Source: an uncultured Bacteroidales bacterium (GTDB lineage Bacteria > Bacteroidota > Bacteroidia > Bacteroidales > VadinHA17). From it: DNA of 64,000 bases. Positions 35,129 through 44,585 of the stretch are shown here, one piece after another. Position numbers and translations under genes: made by a program. Location: NCBI GenBank assembly GCA_963823065.1, contig CAWGJX010000001.1:1437642-1501641 (forward strand), in the 5' to 3' direction. The first letter of the stretch is position 1. Each line of letters starts with the position of its first letter. Below the pieces are notes generated by a model. The model saw nothing but the letters and a program-made list of their open reading frames with translations, was not told the DNA's origin and did not search any database.

Positions 35129-36505
35129 ATGTTCAAATTTATACTTCGGTATTTCCACGATATTGAAATTGCAGTCGAATCTATTGTGTCGAATAAGCTG
35201 AAATCAATGTTGACTGCCCTCGGGATAATTTTTGGCGTAGCCGCTGTCATAGCAATGCTGGCAATTGGGAAAGGTGCCAAACAGGAAATAATGGAACAAA
35301 TGAAAATGGTAGGAGTCAATAATATAGTTATTAATCCTGTTATCCCCGATAAAACTTCATCGACAACCGAAGGAGAAAAACAGCAAAAGAAATTCTCAAG
35401 AGGATTAAACCTTCTTGATGTTGATGCAATTAAGAGTGTACTCCCTTCTGTAAAAAGAATAAGTCCTGAAATTTCATTTAACTCAACAGCAATGCTTAAC
35501 GGTGTTAAGTATACGGCCAAGCTGGTTGGGGTGTCAAATGATTATTTTCATTTGTATAACCTGCCACTGGTAGGCGGTGCCTTCTTTAATTCTTTTCAGG
35601 AAGCTAATGGTATCCAGGTTTGCATTATCGGTGCAAATATCAGGGCAAAGTTTTTCAGTAAGATTGATCCGCTAAACCAGTACATCAAATTTAATGGTAT
35701 ATGGCTTAAGGTAATTGGTGTCCTGCAGAAAACAAACGTGAGTCTGACAGGATTTGAAGAAAAAGGTGTAAACGTTTATAATGACAATATTTATATCCCG
35801 ATCCAAACTATGCTATTGAGGTACCAGAACAGGGCTCTTCTCAATACAAAACTCGTTTCTGAGGCATCTTCAATGCAGTTTTTTGGGGGAGGCCCCGGAA
35901 TGTCTCGTGTTGTAGTTAATAGTTCGGACGCATCAAGTGACGCAGAAACCAATTATAATCAACTCGACAGAATTGTTGTTCAGGTAAATGAAACAGAACA
36001 GCTTAAGCCTACAACTGAAATTCTCAGCCGTATGCTTACAAGACGTCATACCGGAGTTAAGGACTTTGAGATAACTGTCCCGGAATTACTTCTTAAACAG
36101 CAACAAAGGACAAAGGACATCTTTAATATCGTCCTTGGAGCTATTGCCAGTATTTCTCTTATTGTCGGGGGGATCGGTATTATGAATATAATGTTTGCCT
36201 CGGTTATGGAAAGGATAAAAGAAATTGGTACCAGGATGGCCATTGGAGCAAAGAAAATGGATATTGTGGTTCAGTTTCTGTCTGAAGCCGTATTGATAAG
36301 TGTATCAGGTGGTTTTATTGGTGTATTCTTTGGAGTAATCATGGCTAAACTCATTGAGCAGGTGGCAGGGATCATGACTATCGTTTCGTTCTTTTCGGTA
36401 TTTATTGCCTTTGGGGTATCAGCGGCCGTTGGAGTAATCTTTGGCTACTCACCTGCAAAAAGAGCATCAGAAAAAGATCCTATTGAATCATTGAGACATG
36501 AATAA
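35129..36505 (+). CDS. ABC transporter permease (MacB/FtsX type with a periplasmic domain)
   Basis: 458 aa with an N-terminal TM segment, a large periplasmic domain and a C-terminal FtsX-type 3-TM bundle (GGIGIMNIM...ERIKEIGTRMAIGAKK). Confidence 0.85.
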   Translation: MFKFILRYFHDIEIAVESIVSNKLKSMLTALGIIFGVAAVIAMLAIGKGAKQEIMEQMKMVGVNNIVINPVIPDKTSSTTEGEKQQKKFSRGLNLLDVDAIKSVLPSVKRISPEISFNSTAMLNGVKYTAKLVGVSNDYFHLYNLPLVGGAFFNSFQEANGIQVCIIGANIRAKFFSKIDPLNQYIKFNGIWLKVIGVLQKTNVSLTGFEEKGVNVYNDNIYIPIQTMLLRYQNRALLNTKLVSEASSMQFFGGGPGMSRVVVNSSDASSDAETNYNQLDRIVVQVNETEQLKPTTEILSRMLTRRHTGVKDFEITVPELLLKQQQRTKDIFNIVLGAIASISLIVGGIGIMNIMFASVMERIKEIGTRMAIGAKKMDIVVQFLSEAVLISVSGGFIGVFFGVIMAKLIEQVAGIMTIVSFFSVFIAFGVSAAVGVIFGYSPAKRASEKDPIESLRHE

Positions 36506-36575
36506 CCGCTTCTGCCTCACAAGCCCGGCTTCCCGCCTGACGGGGGGATATCATATTAATTTTTATAAAATAATA

Positions 36576-38060
36576 ATGAAGAAATTATTTGCATTCTCCA
36601 TAATTGCGTCATTTCTGTTTTCAGCTTTGAAAATTGATGCACAGGATATTAAAAAACTTACTTTCGATGAAGTAATAAAGCTTGCTGAAGAACAGTCTCC
36701 AAACGCGCTTATGGCCAAGCATCGTTTTCGTGCAAGTTACTGGGAATTCAGATCATACCAGGCTCAATACCTTCCGTCACTTACCCTTTCAGGCACAACA
36801 CCTGCATTTAGCAATGGTCTTGAAAAAGTCTATGATTATGCCACTAACACGTATTCCTATCAACGTACCAATACAATCAGCAATATGGGGATCTTATCGC
36901 TTGCTCAGAATATCGGCCCGACTGGTACTGTCATTTCACTTCAGTCTGATATGACCCTTTTCAGGGATATCGAAAAAAATTCGTCCATAAACTATATTAC
37001 CGATCCTATAAGTATCAATGTCACTCAACCCATAAGAAAATACAATACTCTTAAATGGCAGAAGAAGATTGAACCGGTAAAATTTAATGCAGCGAGGAAA
37101 ACATATCTTGCAAATATTGAAGGTGTGCATTCCAGTGCTGTTCAGTACTTTTTTTCACTCGCCCTGGCTCAGATTAATAAGCAGATATCCGAGATGAACT
37201 ATTCAAATGCTGATACTTTATATAGAATTGCCAGAGGAAGATATCAGCTCGGGACAATTGCAGAAGATGAACTTTTACAGATGCAACTGTCATGGCTAAA
37301 TGCCGAAACAGCCAGGAAGCAGGCAGATATGAATTTACGCGACAGGGAGATCAGGCTCAGATCATTCCTGGGATATAATGAAAATATCAGGCTTGAACTG
37401 GTAATACCGAATGAAATACCTGATTTACAGGTTGATATGAAGGAAGTGCTTGACCTGGCCCTTCAGAATAATCCGGATCTGATACAGCAAGAGATTAATG
37501 TCCTGAATGCTCAGAGTAATGAGGCACAGGCCAGGGCTTCAAAAGGGCTGAATGCGAGTCTTAATGCATCTCTTGGATTATCCCAGCAGTCGACTGTTCT
37601 TAAGTCAGCTTATGAAAACCTGAGTAATTCACAAATGGTGCAGGTTGGATTTGTTTTACCCATATTAGACTGGGGGCTTAGCAAAGGGAAATACCAGATG
37701 GCAAAATCGAGTCTGGAGCTTGCACAGGTTACGGCGAAACAGGCTATTACTGACTTTCAGCAGAATTTGTTCCTCGATGTTGAACAGTTTAATTTACAAA
37801 AGAGCCAGGTGGCAATTGCTGCAAAATCTGATACAGTTGCCATGAAAAGATACGAAGTGACAAAACAGCGTTTCCTGATCGGTAAGATTGCAGTCCTCGA
37901 CCTCAATGATGCCGACAGCAGGAAAGACCAGAATAAGAGAGCGTATATACAGTCATTACAGGATTACTGGAACTTCTTCTATAATATCCGAGCTCTAACA
38001 CTTTTTGACTTTATAAACAGAAAACCGCTTGATACTGATTATGATAAGCTGATAAAGTAA
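36576..38060 (+). CDS. TolC family outer-membrane efflux protein
   Basis: I placed the start at ATG 36576, giving the signal peptide MKKLFAFSIIASFLFSALKIDAQ. It has a two-repeat TolC-like coiled-coil pattern and follows the permease gene. Confidence 0.8.
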   Translation: MKKLFAFSIIASFLFSALKIDAQDIKKLTFDEVIKLAEEQSPNALMAKHRFRASYWEFRSYQAQYLPSLTLSGTTPAFSNGLEKVYDYATNTYSYQRTNTISNMGILSLAQNIGPTGTVISLQSDMTLFRDIEKNSSINYITDPISINVTQPIRKYNTLKWQKKIEPVKFNAARKTYLANIEGVHSSAVQYFFSLALAQINKQISEMNYSNADTLYRIARGRYQLGTIAEDELLQMQLSWLNAETARKQADMNLRDREIRLRSFLGYNENIRLELVIPNEIPDLQVDMKEVLDLALQNNPDLIQQEINVLNAQSNEAQARASKGLNASLNASLGLSQQSTVLKSAYENLSNSQMVQVGFVLPILDWGLSKGKYQMAKSSLELAQVTAKQAITDFQQNLFLDVEQFNLQKSQVAIAAKSDTVAMKRYEVTKQRFLIGKIAVLDLNDADSRKDQNKRAYIQSLQDYWNFFYNIRALTLFDFINRKPLDTDYDKLIK

Positions 38061-38061
38061 G

Positions 38062-38100
38062 ACCCCCTCACCCTTCGGGCACTCCCCCAAAAAGGGGGGT
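38062..38100. repeat. GC-rich hairpin element immediately after the tolC stop
   Basis: In ACCCCCTCACCCTTCGGGCACTCCCCCAAAAAGGGGGGT the outer ACCCCC and GGGGGT are complementary. Inner hairpins are CCC-ttc-GGG and CCCCC-aaaaa-GGGGG. Confidence 0.65.
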
Positions 38101-38254
38101 AGAAATTTCTGGATTAAAGATAATTCTTCTAAAAAGACGAGTATTTTCGCCCATTCAGGGGATATGTCGCAAAGCGACAGAGGGGTTTATTACTCATAGC
38201 GGAAAGACTTTTAATTGATATCTTATTAATTTGAATGTTTTTATAAAATTTTAA

Positions 38255-38262
38255 TATCTTTG
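38255..38262 (+). promoter_or_regulatory. Candidate Bacteroidota promoter for secDF (-7 box plus -33 TTTG)
   Basis: TATCTTTG at 38255-38262 has a TTTG at 38230-38233 (21-nt spacer). It lies 57 nt upstream of ATG 38319. Confidence 0.45.
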
Positions 38263-38318
38263 CGCCTCATTGTAGAAGAATAAAGAAAAACTCATAATAA
38301 TCCCAAAAGAAAAGACAA

Positions 38319-41318
38319 ATGCAGAATAAAGCAGCTATTATCTTTCTGGCAATTGCCCTGGCGTTGGTATCAATATACCAGCTTTCGTTTACAGGCGCAA
38401 CTTATATGGTTAAGAAGCAAGCAAAGGCATATGCAAAAGGAAGCCTTGAGAAAGAGACACAATATCTTGATTCAATCTCCACCTTGCCTAAAGATAAATG
38501 GAGCTTCCTTGGAAACACTTTCAAAGAGTGTCAAAGGAAAGAACTTAATCTTGGTCTCGACCTTAAAGGTGGAATGAACGTTATACTGGAAGTATCCGTT
38601 GAAGATATTTTAAAAGCTCTTTCCAATTATAATCCAGACAAAACATTCAATGCAGCTCTGGCACGTGCAAAAGAACTTCAAAAGCAAAGTCAGTCTGATT
38701 ATCTTACTCTTTTCGGAAGAGCGTTCCAGGAAGTTGATCCCAATGCTAAGCTCGCATCTATTTTCGGAACGGTTGAGCTTAAAGACAAGATCAATTTCAA
38801 TTCAACAAATGAAGATGTATTAAAAGTTCTTGATACTGAAGTTGATGGTGCAATTAATAATGCATTCAATATTCTTAGTACAAGGATCGACCGATTTGGC
38901 GTTGTTCAGCCACAAATTTCGAAAATGTCTACAAAAGGACGGATACTGATTAATCTTCCGGGTCAGACTAATCCAAAACGTGTACGTGAACTGCTTCAGG
39001 GAACAGCAAATCTCGAGTTTTGGGAAACATATGAGAACAGCGAAATACTGCCTTATTTGTCTCAGGCCAATAATCTTTTGAAGGTAATTGAGGCTAGTAC
39101 TGAAAAAACTATTACTTCAACAGAATCAGGCAAAAAAAATGAAGCAGCTGATACAACAAAAAAAGATCAGTCACTTCTTGATATTATAAATAAAGATACT
39201 TCCAAAGTTGAAGCTGGAGCAAATACAAGGGAAGACTTTACCCAGCAGAATCCATTATTTGGGATACTTATACCAAGAGTGACACAGCAGGGACAACCAT
39301 TGCCATCTTCGATGATCGGAATTTCAAGTTCAAAGGATACAGCTAAGGTTGACTCTTATCTGAAAATGCCACGGATTAAAGCTCTGTTTCCACGTGATCT
39401 TAAGCTTGCCTGGAGCCAGAACCCTTATCCGGAAGATCCTACCAAAACAATGTATGAGCTTCATGCAATAAAAATTACGACACGTGACGGCCGGCCACCT
39501 CTTGGAGGAGATGCTATTACTTCAGCCAGAACATCAACTGATGCGTCAGGAAATGTTAAAGTTGATATGACAATGAACTCAGAAGGCTCAAAAATATGGG
39601 CCCGCATGACTCGCGAAAACATTGGTCGCTGTATTGCCGTTGTGCTTGACGGATATGTACGTTCTTATCCCAGGGTTCAGAATGAAATCACAGGTGGAAG
39701 CACTGAAATAACAGGGAGTTTCACAATTGAAGAAGCTGATGACCTTGCTAATATTTTGAAATCCGGTAAACTCCCCGCACCAACACATATCATTTCTGAT
39801 ACCATTGTTGGGCCTACACTTGGAGCAGAAGCAATAAATTCCGGATTTGTTTCATTTGTAATAGCATTCGCCTTTGTATTGGTGTTTATGGTTTTCTATT
39901 ACAGCAAGAGTGCCGGAACAATCGCAAATATTGCCCTGATTGCCAACGTATTCCTTCTCTTTGGAGTGCTTGCCTCGCTTAATGCGGTTCTTACCTTGCC
40001 AGGTATTGCGGGTATAGTTCTTACGATGGGTATGGCCGTTGATGCCAACGTACTTATATATGAACGAATAAGAGAGGAATTAAGAGCCGGAAAGGGGATG
40101 AAACTTGCCATTGCTGATGGATACCGGCATGCCTATTCAGCTATTATAGACTCGAACGTTACTACAATTCTTACAGGTATAGTACTGTATATATTTGGAA
40201 CCGGTCCCATAAAAGGATTTGCTACAACACTTGTGATCGGTATTCTTACTTCATTATTCACAGCAATATTTATTACAAGAATAATCTATGAAGGGCTTCT
40301 GAAGAGAGACAAACATCTTACATTCTCAATAAAGATTACTGCAAACGTGTTCAAAAACACCAAGATCGACTTTATCGGAATGAGGAAATACTTTTATTTT
40401 GTTTCAGGAGGCATCCTGCTCGCTGGTGTTGTTTCTTTATTTGTAAAGGGACTTAATCCGGGTATCGACTTTACAGGAGGAAGAACATTTGTTATAAGAT
40501 TTGATAAACCGGTTAGAACAGAAGACATTGCTTCTAAACTGAGCGTCGAATTCGGTTCACTTCCACAGGTAGTTACCTTCGGAAATACAAAAAATGTTAA
40601 GATAACAACGAGTTACAGGATAAATGAAACAGGAGTTGATGATGCGGTTGATACAAAGTTATATGAAGGATTAAAAAGTTATTTACCCGCAAATGTCACC
40701 AAAGATGAATTTCTGAGTAAGTACAGAGTAAGTTCAGAAACAGTAGGACCAGTTGTCGCAGCAGACCTTAAGATAAATGCTATCTACGCAGTAGGTATTG
40801 CTCTTGTTCTGATATTCTTCTATATTTTCATGAGATTTAAATACTGGCAATATGGTTTCGGTGCTGTAATGTCGTTGTTCCATGATGTACTTCTTGTAAT
40901 AGGTGTATACTCAATATTCTGGGGAATAATGCCATTTTCTATGGAGATTGACCAATCATTTATAGCGGCTATCCTTACTGTTATAGGATTCTCTGTAAAC
41001 GACACTGTTATCGTTTTTGACCGACTGCGGGAATACATCCCAATGTATCGTAAACGTCCGATGAAAGAGGTTCTTAACATGGCAATAAATTCAACTCTTA
41101 GCCGGACAATAAATACTACTCTTACTGTTATACTCACTATAGTAGCTATGTTCATCTTTGGAGGAGCAGTAATACGCGGATTTATGTTCGCTTTGTTAGT
41201 TGGTATAGGTACAGGTGTTTACTCCTCGGTTTTTGTGGCAACAGCACTTATGTATGATACCACTCCAAAGACAAAAGAGGGAGTGACCGAAGAACCTAAA
41301 GCTAAAATTAAAGCTTGA
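38319..41318 (+). CDS. secDF: Protein translocase subunit SecDF (fused)
   Basis: 999 aa with SecD motifs (LGLDLKGGMNV, periplasmic domain, LPGIAGIVLTMGMAVDANVLIYERIREE) followed by the SecF half (IDFTGGR..., SVNDTVIVFDRLRE). Confidence 0.95.
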   Translation: MQNKAAIIFLAIALALVSIYQLSFTGATYMVKKQAKAYAKGSLEKETQYLDSISTLPKDKWSFLGNTFKECQRKELNLGLDLKGGMNVILEVSVEDILKALSNYNPDKTFNAALARAKELQKQSQSDYLTLFGRAFQEVDPNAKLASIFGTVELKDKINFNSTNEDVLKVLDTEVDGAINNAFNILSTRIDRFGVVQPQISKMSTKGRILINLPGQTNPKRVRELLQGTANLEFWETYENSEILPYLSQANNLLKVIEASTEKTITSTESGKKNEAADTTKKDQSLLDIINKDTSKVEAGANTREDFTQQNPLFGILIPRVTQQGQPLPSSMIGISSSKDTAKVDSYLKMPRIKALFPRDLKLAWSQNPYPEDPTKTMYELHAIKITTRDGRPPLGGDAITSARTSTDASGNVKVDMTMNSEGSKIWARMTRENIGRCIAVVLDGYVRSYPRVQNEITGGSTEITGSFTIEEADDLANILKSGKLPAPTHIISDTIVGPTLGAEAINSGFVSFVIAFAFVLVFMVFYYSKSAGTIANIALIANVFLLFGVLASLNAVLTLPGIAGIVLTMGMAVDANVLIYERIREELRAGKGMKLAIADGYRHAYSAIIDSNVTTILTGIVLYIFGTGPIKGFATTLVIGILTSLFTAIFITRIIYEGLLKRDKHLTFSIKITANVFKNTKIDFIGMRKYFYFVSGGILLAGVVSLFVKGLNPGIDFTGGRTFVIRFDKPVRTEDIASKLSVEFGSLPQVVTFGNTKNVKITTSYRINETGVDDAVDTKLYEGLKSYLPANVTKDEFLSKYRVSSETVGPVVAADLKINAIYAVGIALVLIFFYIFMRFKYWQYGFGAVMSLFHDVLLVIGVYSIFWGIMPFSMEIDQSFIAAILTVIGFSVNDTVIVFDRLREYIPMYRKRPMKEVLNMAINSTLSRTINTTLTVILTIVAMFIFGGAVIRGFMFALLVGIGTGVYSSVFVATALMYDTTPKTKEGVTEEPKAKIKA

Positions 41319-41342
41319 TCTGAAAATTTAAAATATATTAAA

Positions 41343-41370
41343 GGGTGTCAGAAGTGACACCCTTTTTTTT
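41343..41370 (+). terminator. Rho-independent terminator after secDF
   Basis: GGGTGTCA-gaag-TGACACCC followed by T8. Confidence 0.8.
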
Positions 41371-41452
41371 GTTTCAAGTATAGTTCAGAGTATTTCATCA
41401 CTGTTGTATTAATTACCTTACCCTAAGGGGCTGTTGAAAAAGTTGAAATCCA

Positions 41453-41557
41453 TTAACCGCAGAGTTCGCAAAGATTTTTCGCAAAGAACGCAAAGGATTG
41501 ATTTATAATATTTTGCCTTTGCGCACTTTGCGCCTTCTTAGCGTGCTTTGCGGTTAA
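41453..41557. repeat. Imperfect palindrome of about 105 bp built from CGCAAAG-type units (MITE/REP-like)
   Basis: The left arm TTAACCGCAGAGTTCGCAAAGATTTTTCGCAAAGAACGCAAAGG mirrors the right arm CCTTTGCGCACTTTGCGCCTTCTTAGCGTGCTTTGCGGTTAA around an AT-rich centre. Confidence 0.75.
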
Positions 41558-41607
41558 AAAGGACTTATTCAACACTTCCATAGTAATCTGATTACCAAGG
41601 TGATAAC

Positions 41608-41647
41608 TCTCCCCTTCTCCTCAAGGAGAAGGGGATGGGGATGAGGT
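41608..41647. repeat. Palindromic GC-rich repeat, family CCCCTTCTCCT-nn-AGGAGAAGGGG plus a GGGGATGAGGT tail
   Basis: Perfect 11-bp arms lie at 41611-41621 and 41624-41634. The tail GGGGATGAGGT is at 41637-41647. Related copies are at 44481-44521 (inverted) and 44548-44581. Confidence 0.8.
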
Positions 41648-41768
41648 AAAGTGAAGTGTCATTAGTTGCGGAGCGAAGGATCTCCTATGTTAAAACTGAG
41701 TTACAGTTTCATATTTCACTTTAACATTTATTGAGATTTTAATGTTTATGAATATCATTAAACTTTCC

Positions 41769-41776
41769 TAACTTTG
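41769..41776 (+). promoter_or_regulatory. Candidate -7 box (TAnnTTTG) for tatA
   Basis: TAACTTTG lies 40 nt upstream of ATG 41816. Confidence 0.35.
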
Positions 41777-41815
41777 CCAATTCATTTGGGAGAAAACATT
41801 TTATCAGAAATTGTT

Positions 41816-42283
41816 ATGAGCGGACCGGAAATATTTGTTATCATCATTGTTGCACTTCTTCTGTTTGGCGCCGAGAAACTACCCGAGATAGCAAAAACTA
41901 TCGGCAAGGGGATGCGCGATTTTAAGAAAGCAACAGATGATATAAGACAGGAAATTGAAACAAGCACAAGCGATTTTCGTAAAGATCTTACTGACGTATC
42001 CGATACTATAAAAAAAGATGTTACTACCTATTCTGAAAAACTTAAAAACGACATGAATGACGTTTCCTCATCAATCAAAAATGATATGAATGACGTCACA
42101 TCAGATGTTCGTCAGAGCATGAATGATATGAATACCCAGATTCATAATGACGCCACTGAAATAAAAGAGAATATCCAGAATATGGGAGAACAAACAAACA
42201 CAACTAAAGAGGAACAAAAAGATACTGTAAAAGAAGTAACTCCTGATTTATCGAATGAATATTATAAAGAGGTAAAAGATTAA
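41816..42283 (+). CDS. tatA: Twin-arginine translocase TatA/E family protein with a long repetitive C-terminal tail
   Basis: From ATG 41816 the product reads MSGPEIFVIIIVALLLFGAEKLPEIAKTIGKGMRDFKKA, the canonical TatA TM segment plus amphipathic helix. About 100 aa of Asp/Asn/Lys-rich tail follows, with repeated NDMNDV units. Confidence 0.8.
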   Translation: MSGPEIFVIIIVALLLFGAEKLPEIAKTIGKGMRDFKKATDDIRQEIETSTSDFRKDLTDVSDTIKKDVTTYSEKLKNDMNDVSSSIKNDMNDVTSDVRQSMNDMNTQIHNDATEIKENIQNMGEQTNTTKEEQKDTVKEVTPDLSNEYYKEVKD

Positions 42284-42316
42284 TTAAGGAAAAATTTTCG
42301 ATTCCTTCCTGATACT

Positions 42317-42976
42317 ATGATCACAACTACCGGAATCACCAAAGCTTATGGAAACCTGAAGGTTCTTAAAGGGATAGATATCCGGATATCTGACAGGGAA
42401 GTAGTATCTATAGTAGGTGCCAGCGGTGCCGGAAAGACAACTCTTTTACAGATTATTGGAACACTTGACCGTCCTGATGGAGGTACTGTTTGCTATAATG
42501 ATTCAGACATAAGCCGTCTTAAGGGTAAATCTCTGGCGGCATTCAGAAACAGTAATATTGGATTTGTTTTTCAGTTTCATCAGCTCCTTCCTGAGTTCAC
42601 TGCTCTCGAAAATGTCTGTATACCTGCATATATAGCTGGCAAAAGTAAAAGTGAGGCAGAGAAACGGGCTTCCGAATTACTCGGATTTCTTAATCTGGAA
42701 GACAGGCTCGATCACAAACCTTCTGAGTTGAGCGGTGGCGAACAGCAAAGAGTAGCTGTGGCACGTGCCCTCGTAAATAATCCATCTGTTATCCTGGCGG
42801 ACGAACCATCAGGAAATCTCGATACCGAGAATAAAAATGAACTGCATAAACTTTTCTTTAAGCTCAGGGATACATTCGGCCAGACAATCATAATAGTGAC
42901 ACACGACCGACAATTAGCCTCTATGTCGGACAGAATTCTTCAGATTAAAGACGGACTTATTGTAAATGAGTCTTAA
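42317..42976 (+). CDS. ABC transporter ATP-binding protein (LolD/MacB-ATPase-like)
   Basis: 219 aa with Walker [10 protein letters not shown], signature LSGGEQQR, Walker [12 protein letters not shown] and an H-loop VTHD. Confidence 0.9.
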   Translation: MITTTGITKAYGNLKVLKGIDIRISDREVVSIVGASGAGKTTLLQIIGTLDRPDGGTVCYNDSDISRLKGKSLAAFRNSNIGFVFQFHQLLPEFTALENVCIPAYIAGKSKSEAEKRASELLGFLNLEDRLDHKPSELSGGEQQRVAVARALVNNPSVILADEPSGNLDTENKNELHKLFFKLRDTFGQTIIIVTHDRQLASMSDRILQIKDGLIVNES

Positions 42977-43760
42977 TAAGTCATATAACGGTATTCCTGC
43001 ATCTGAAATTAAGGCATTCCTGGAAGAAAAATATCTTCAATATAATAAACCCTCTTTCATTGAATGTGACCCAATATCCATTCCTCATAACTTTACTGAG
43101 CTGCATGACCGGGAAATTTCAGGTTTTCTTACAGCTGCAATTGCCTGGGGCAGAAGAGATCTTATCCTTAGAAGCAGCAGATTAATGCTGGAACTTATGG
43201 ACAATTCCCCATATGAATTTATTGTGTCGGCAAGTGAGAATGACCTTCAGAGATTTTCCAGATTTGTGCACAGAACCTTTAATGAATCAGATATAACTTA
43301 TTTCATAAAGGGACTCAGGAATATCTATTCAAACTTTCAAAGCATGGAAGATGTAATATTGAAGGGAATGGAAAACAACGGTTCATTGCGAGACGGAATA
43401 GCTAATTTACGCTTAATCTTTTTCTCTCTTCCCCATGCGGTAAGAAATGAAAAACATTTTGCTGACATCAACGGAGGGGCAGCAGGCAAAAGGCTGAATA
43501 TGTTCCTAAGATGGATGGTACGCAAGGATAATTTTGGAGTAGATTTTGGTATCTGGAAAAGAATCGACCCTTCGAAACTATACATCCCACTTGATCTTCA
43601 TTCGGGTAATACTGCACGAAGACTTGGCCTTCTGACAAGGAAGATGAATGACTGGAAAGCCGTTGAAGAACTTACCACTATATTGAGAGATTTTGATCCG
43701 GCCGATCCGGTGAAATATGATTTTGCTCTGTTTGGTCTTGGCGTGAATGAAAAATTCTGA
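42966..43760 (+). CDS. TIGR02757/DUF2400-like protein
   Basis: 264 aa. The pattern ...[32 protein letters not shown] matches my recollection of this family, which I recall as often lying downstream of lolD-like genes in Bacteroidota. Confidence 0.5.
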   Translation: MSLNKSYNGIPASEIKAFLEEKYLQYNKPSFIECDPISIPHNFTELHDREISGFLTAAIAWGRRDLILRSSRLMLELMDNSPYEFIVSASENDLQRFSRFVHRTFNESDITYFIKGLRNIYSNFQSMEDVILKGMENNGSLRDGIANLRLIFFSLPHAVRNEKHFADINGGAAGKRLNMFLRWMVRKDNFGVDFGIWKRIDPSKLYIPLDLHSGNTARRLGLLTRKMNDWKAVEELTTILRDFDPADPVKYDFALFGLGVNEKF

Positions 43761-43762
43761 AA

Positions 43763-44470
43763 ATGGCCAATAATTATTTCAGCTTTAAACATTTTACAAT
43801 TTACCAGGATAAATCAGCTTTTAAAGTTGGAACCGACGGGGTTTTGCTTGGCGCTTATGCCGATATTACAGGAGTCACAAATATCCTCGATATTGGTTCA
43901 GGCACAGGTCTTTTATCCATTATGCTGGCCCAGAGATGTGAGGCAATGATAACAGCTATTGAACCTGATCATGATTCATTCACTCAGAGTTGTGAGAATG
44001 TCAACCTTGTTGAATGGCAGAAAAGGATAAAAATTGTAAATTCTGATCTGCAGAATTTCAATTCAGACAACGAAAAATTCGATTTGATTGTAACGAATCC
44101 TCCATATTTCTGTGATTCACTTAAAAGTCCTGATCCGAGGAAATCAGCCGCACGTCATAACGATTCACTGACCTCTGTGGAAATACTGACAGGAGTTAAT
44201 AGATTATTGAAAGATGATGGCCGTCTTCAGTTAATTCTGCCTTATGTTGAGGGTAACGTGTTTATTGCTGATGCCAGCAGATATGGGTTTTATTGTAGTA
44301 ATATACTGAAGATAAGACCTTTGCCGGAAAGCGAAATAAGAAGGTTAATACTGACCTTCACCAGGACAAAGAAAATTCCTGTCGAAAAATTTCTCACAAT
44401 CGAGCATGGCAGGCATCAGTTTACTGATGATTATATAAATTTGACAAAGGATTTCTATCTGAAGTTCTGA
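43763..44470 (+). CDS. tRNA1(Val) (adenine37-N6)-methyltransferase-like SAM methyltransferase (YfiC/TrmN6)
   Basis: 235 aa with FKVGTDGVLLGAYA, the SAM motif LDIGSGTGLLSIMLAQR and the catalytic motif NPPYF. Confidence 0.8.
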   Translation: MANNYFSFKHFTIYQDKSAFKVGTDGVLLGAYADITGVTNILDIGSGTGLLSIMLAQRCEAMITAIEPDHDSFTQSCENVNLVEWQKRIKIVNSDLQNFNSDNEKFDLIVTNPPYFCDSLKSPDPRKSAARHNDSLTSVEILTGVNRLLKDDGRLQLILPYVEGNVFIADASRYGFYCSNILKIRPLPESEIRRLILTFTRTKKIPVEKFLTIEHGRHQFTDDYINLTKDFYLKF

Positions 44471-44480
44471 AATTTTTTAT

Positions 44481-44581
44481 ACCTCATCCCCCTTACCCCT
44501 TCTCCTTAAGGAGAAGGGGAGTATGTAGCAGATTATGTGATTAATAACCCCTCTCCTTAAGGAGAGGGGCTGGGGTGAGGT
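44481..44581. repeat. Two inverted copies of the CCCCT(T)CTCCTTAAGGAGA(A)GGGG repeat between convergent genes
   Basis: Copy 1 (44481-44521) is ACCTCATCCCCCTTA-CCCCTTCTCCTTAAGGAGAAGGGG. Copy 2 (44548-44581) is CCCCTCTCCTTAAGGAGAGGGG-CTGGGGTGAGGT. The outer ends ACCTCATCCCC and GGGGTGAGGT are near-complementary. Confidence 0.8.
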
Positions 44582-44585
44582 AATC

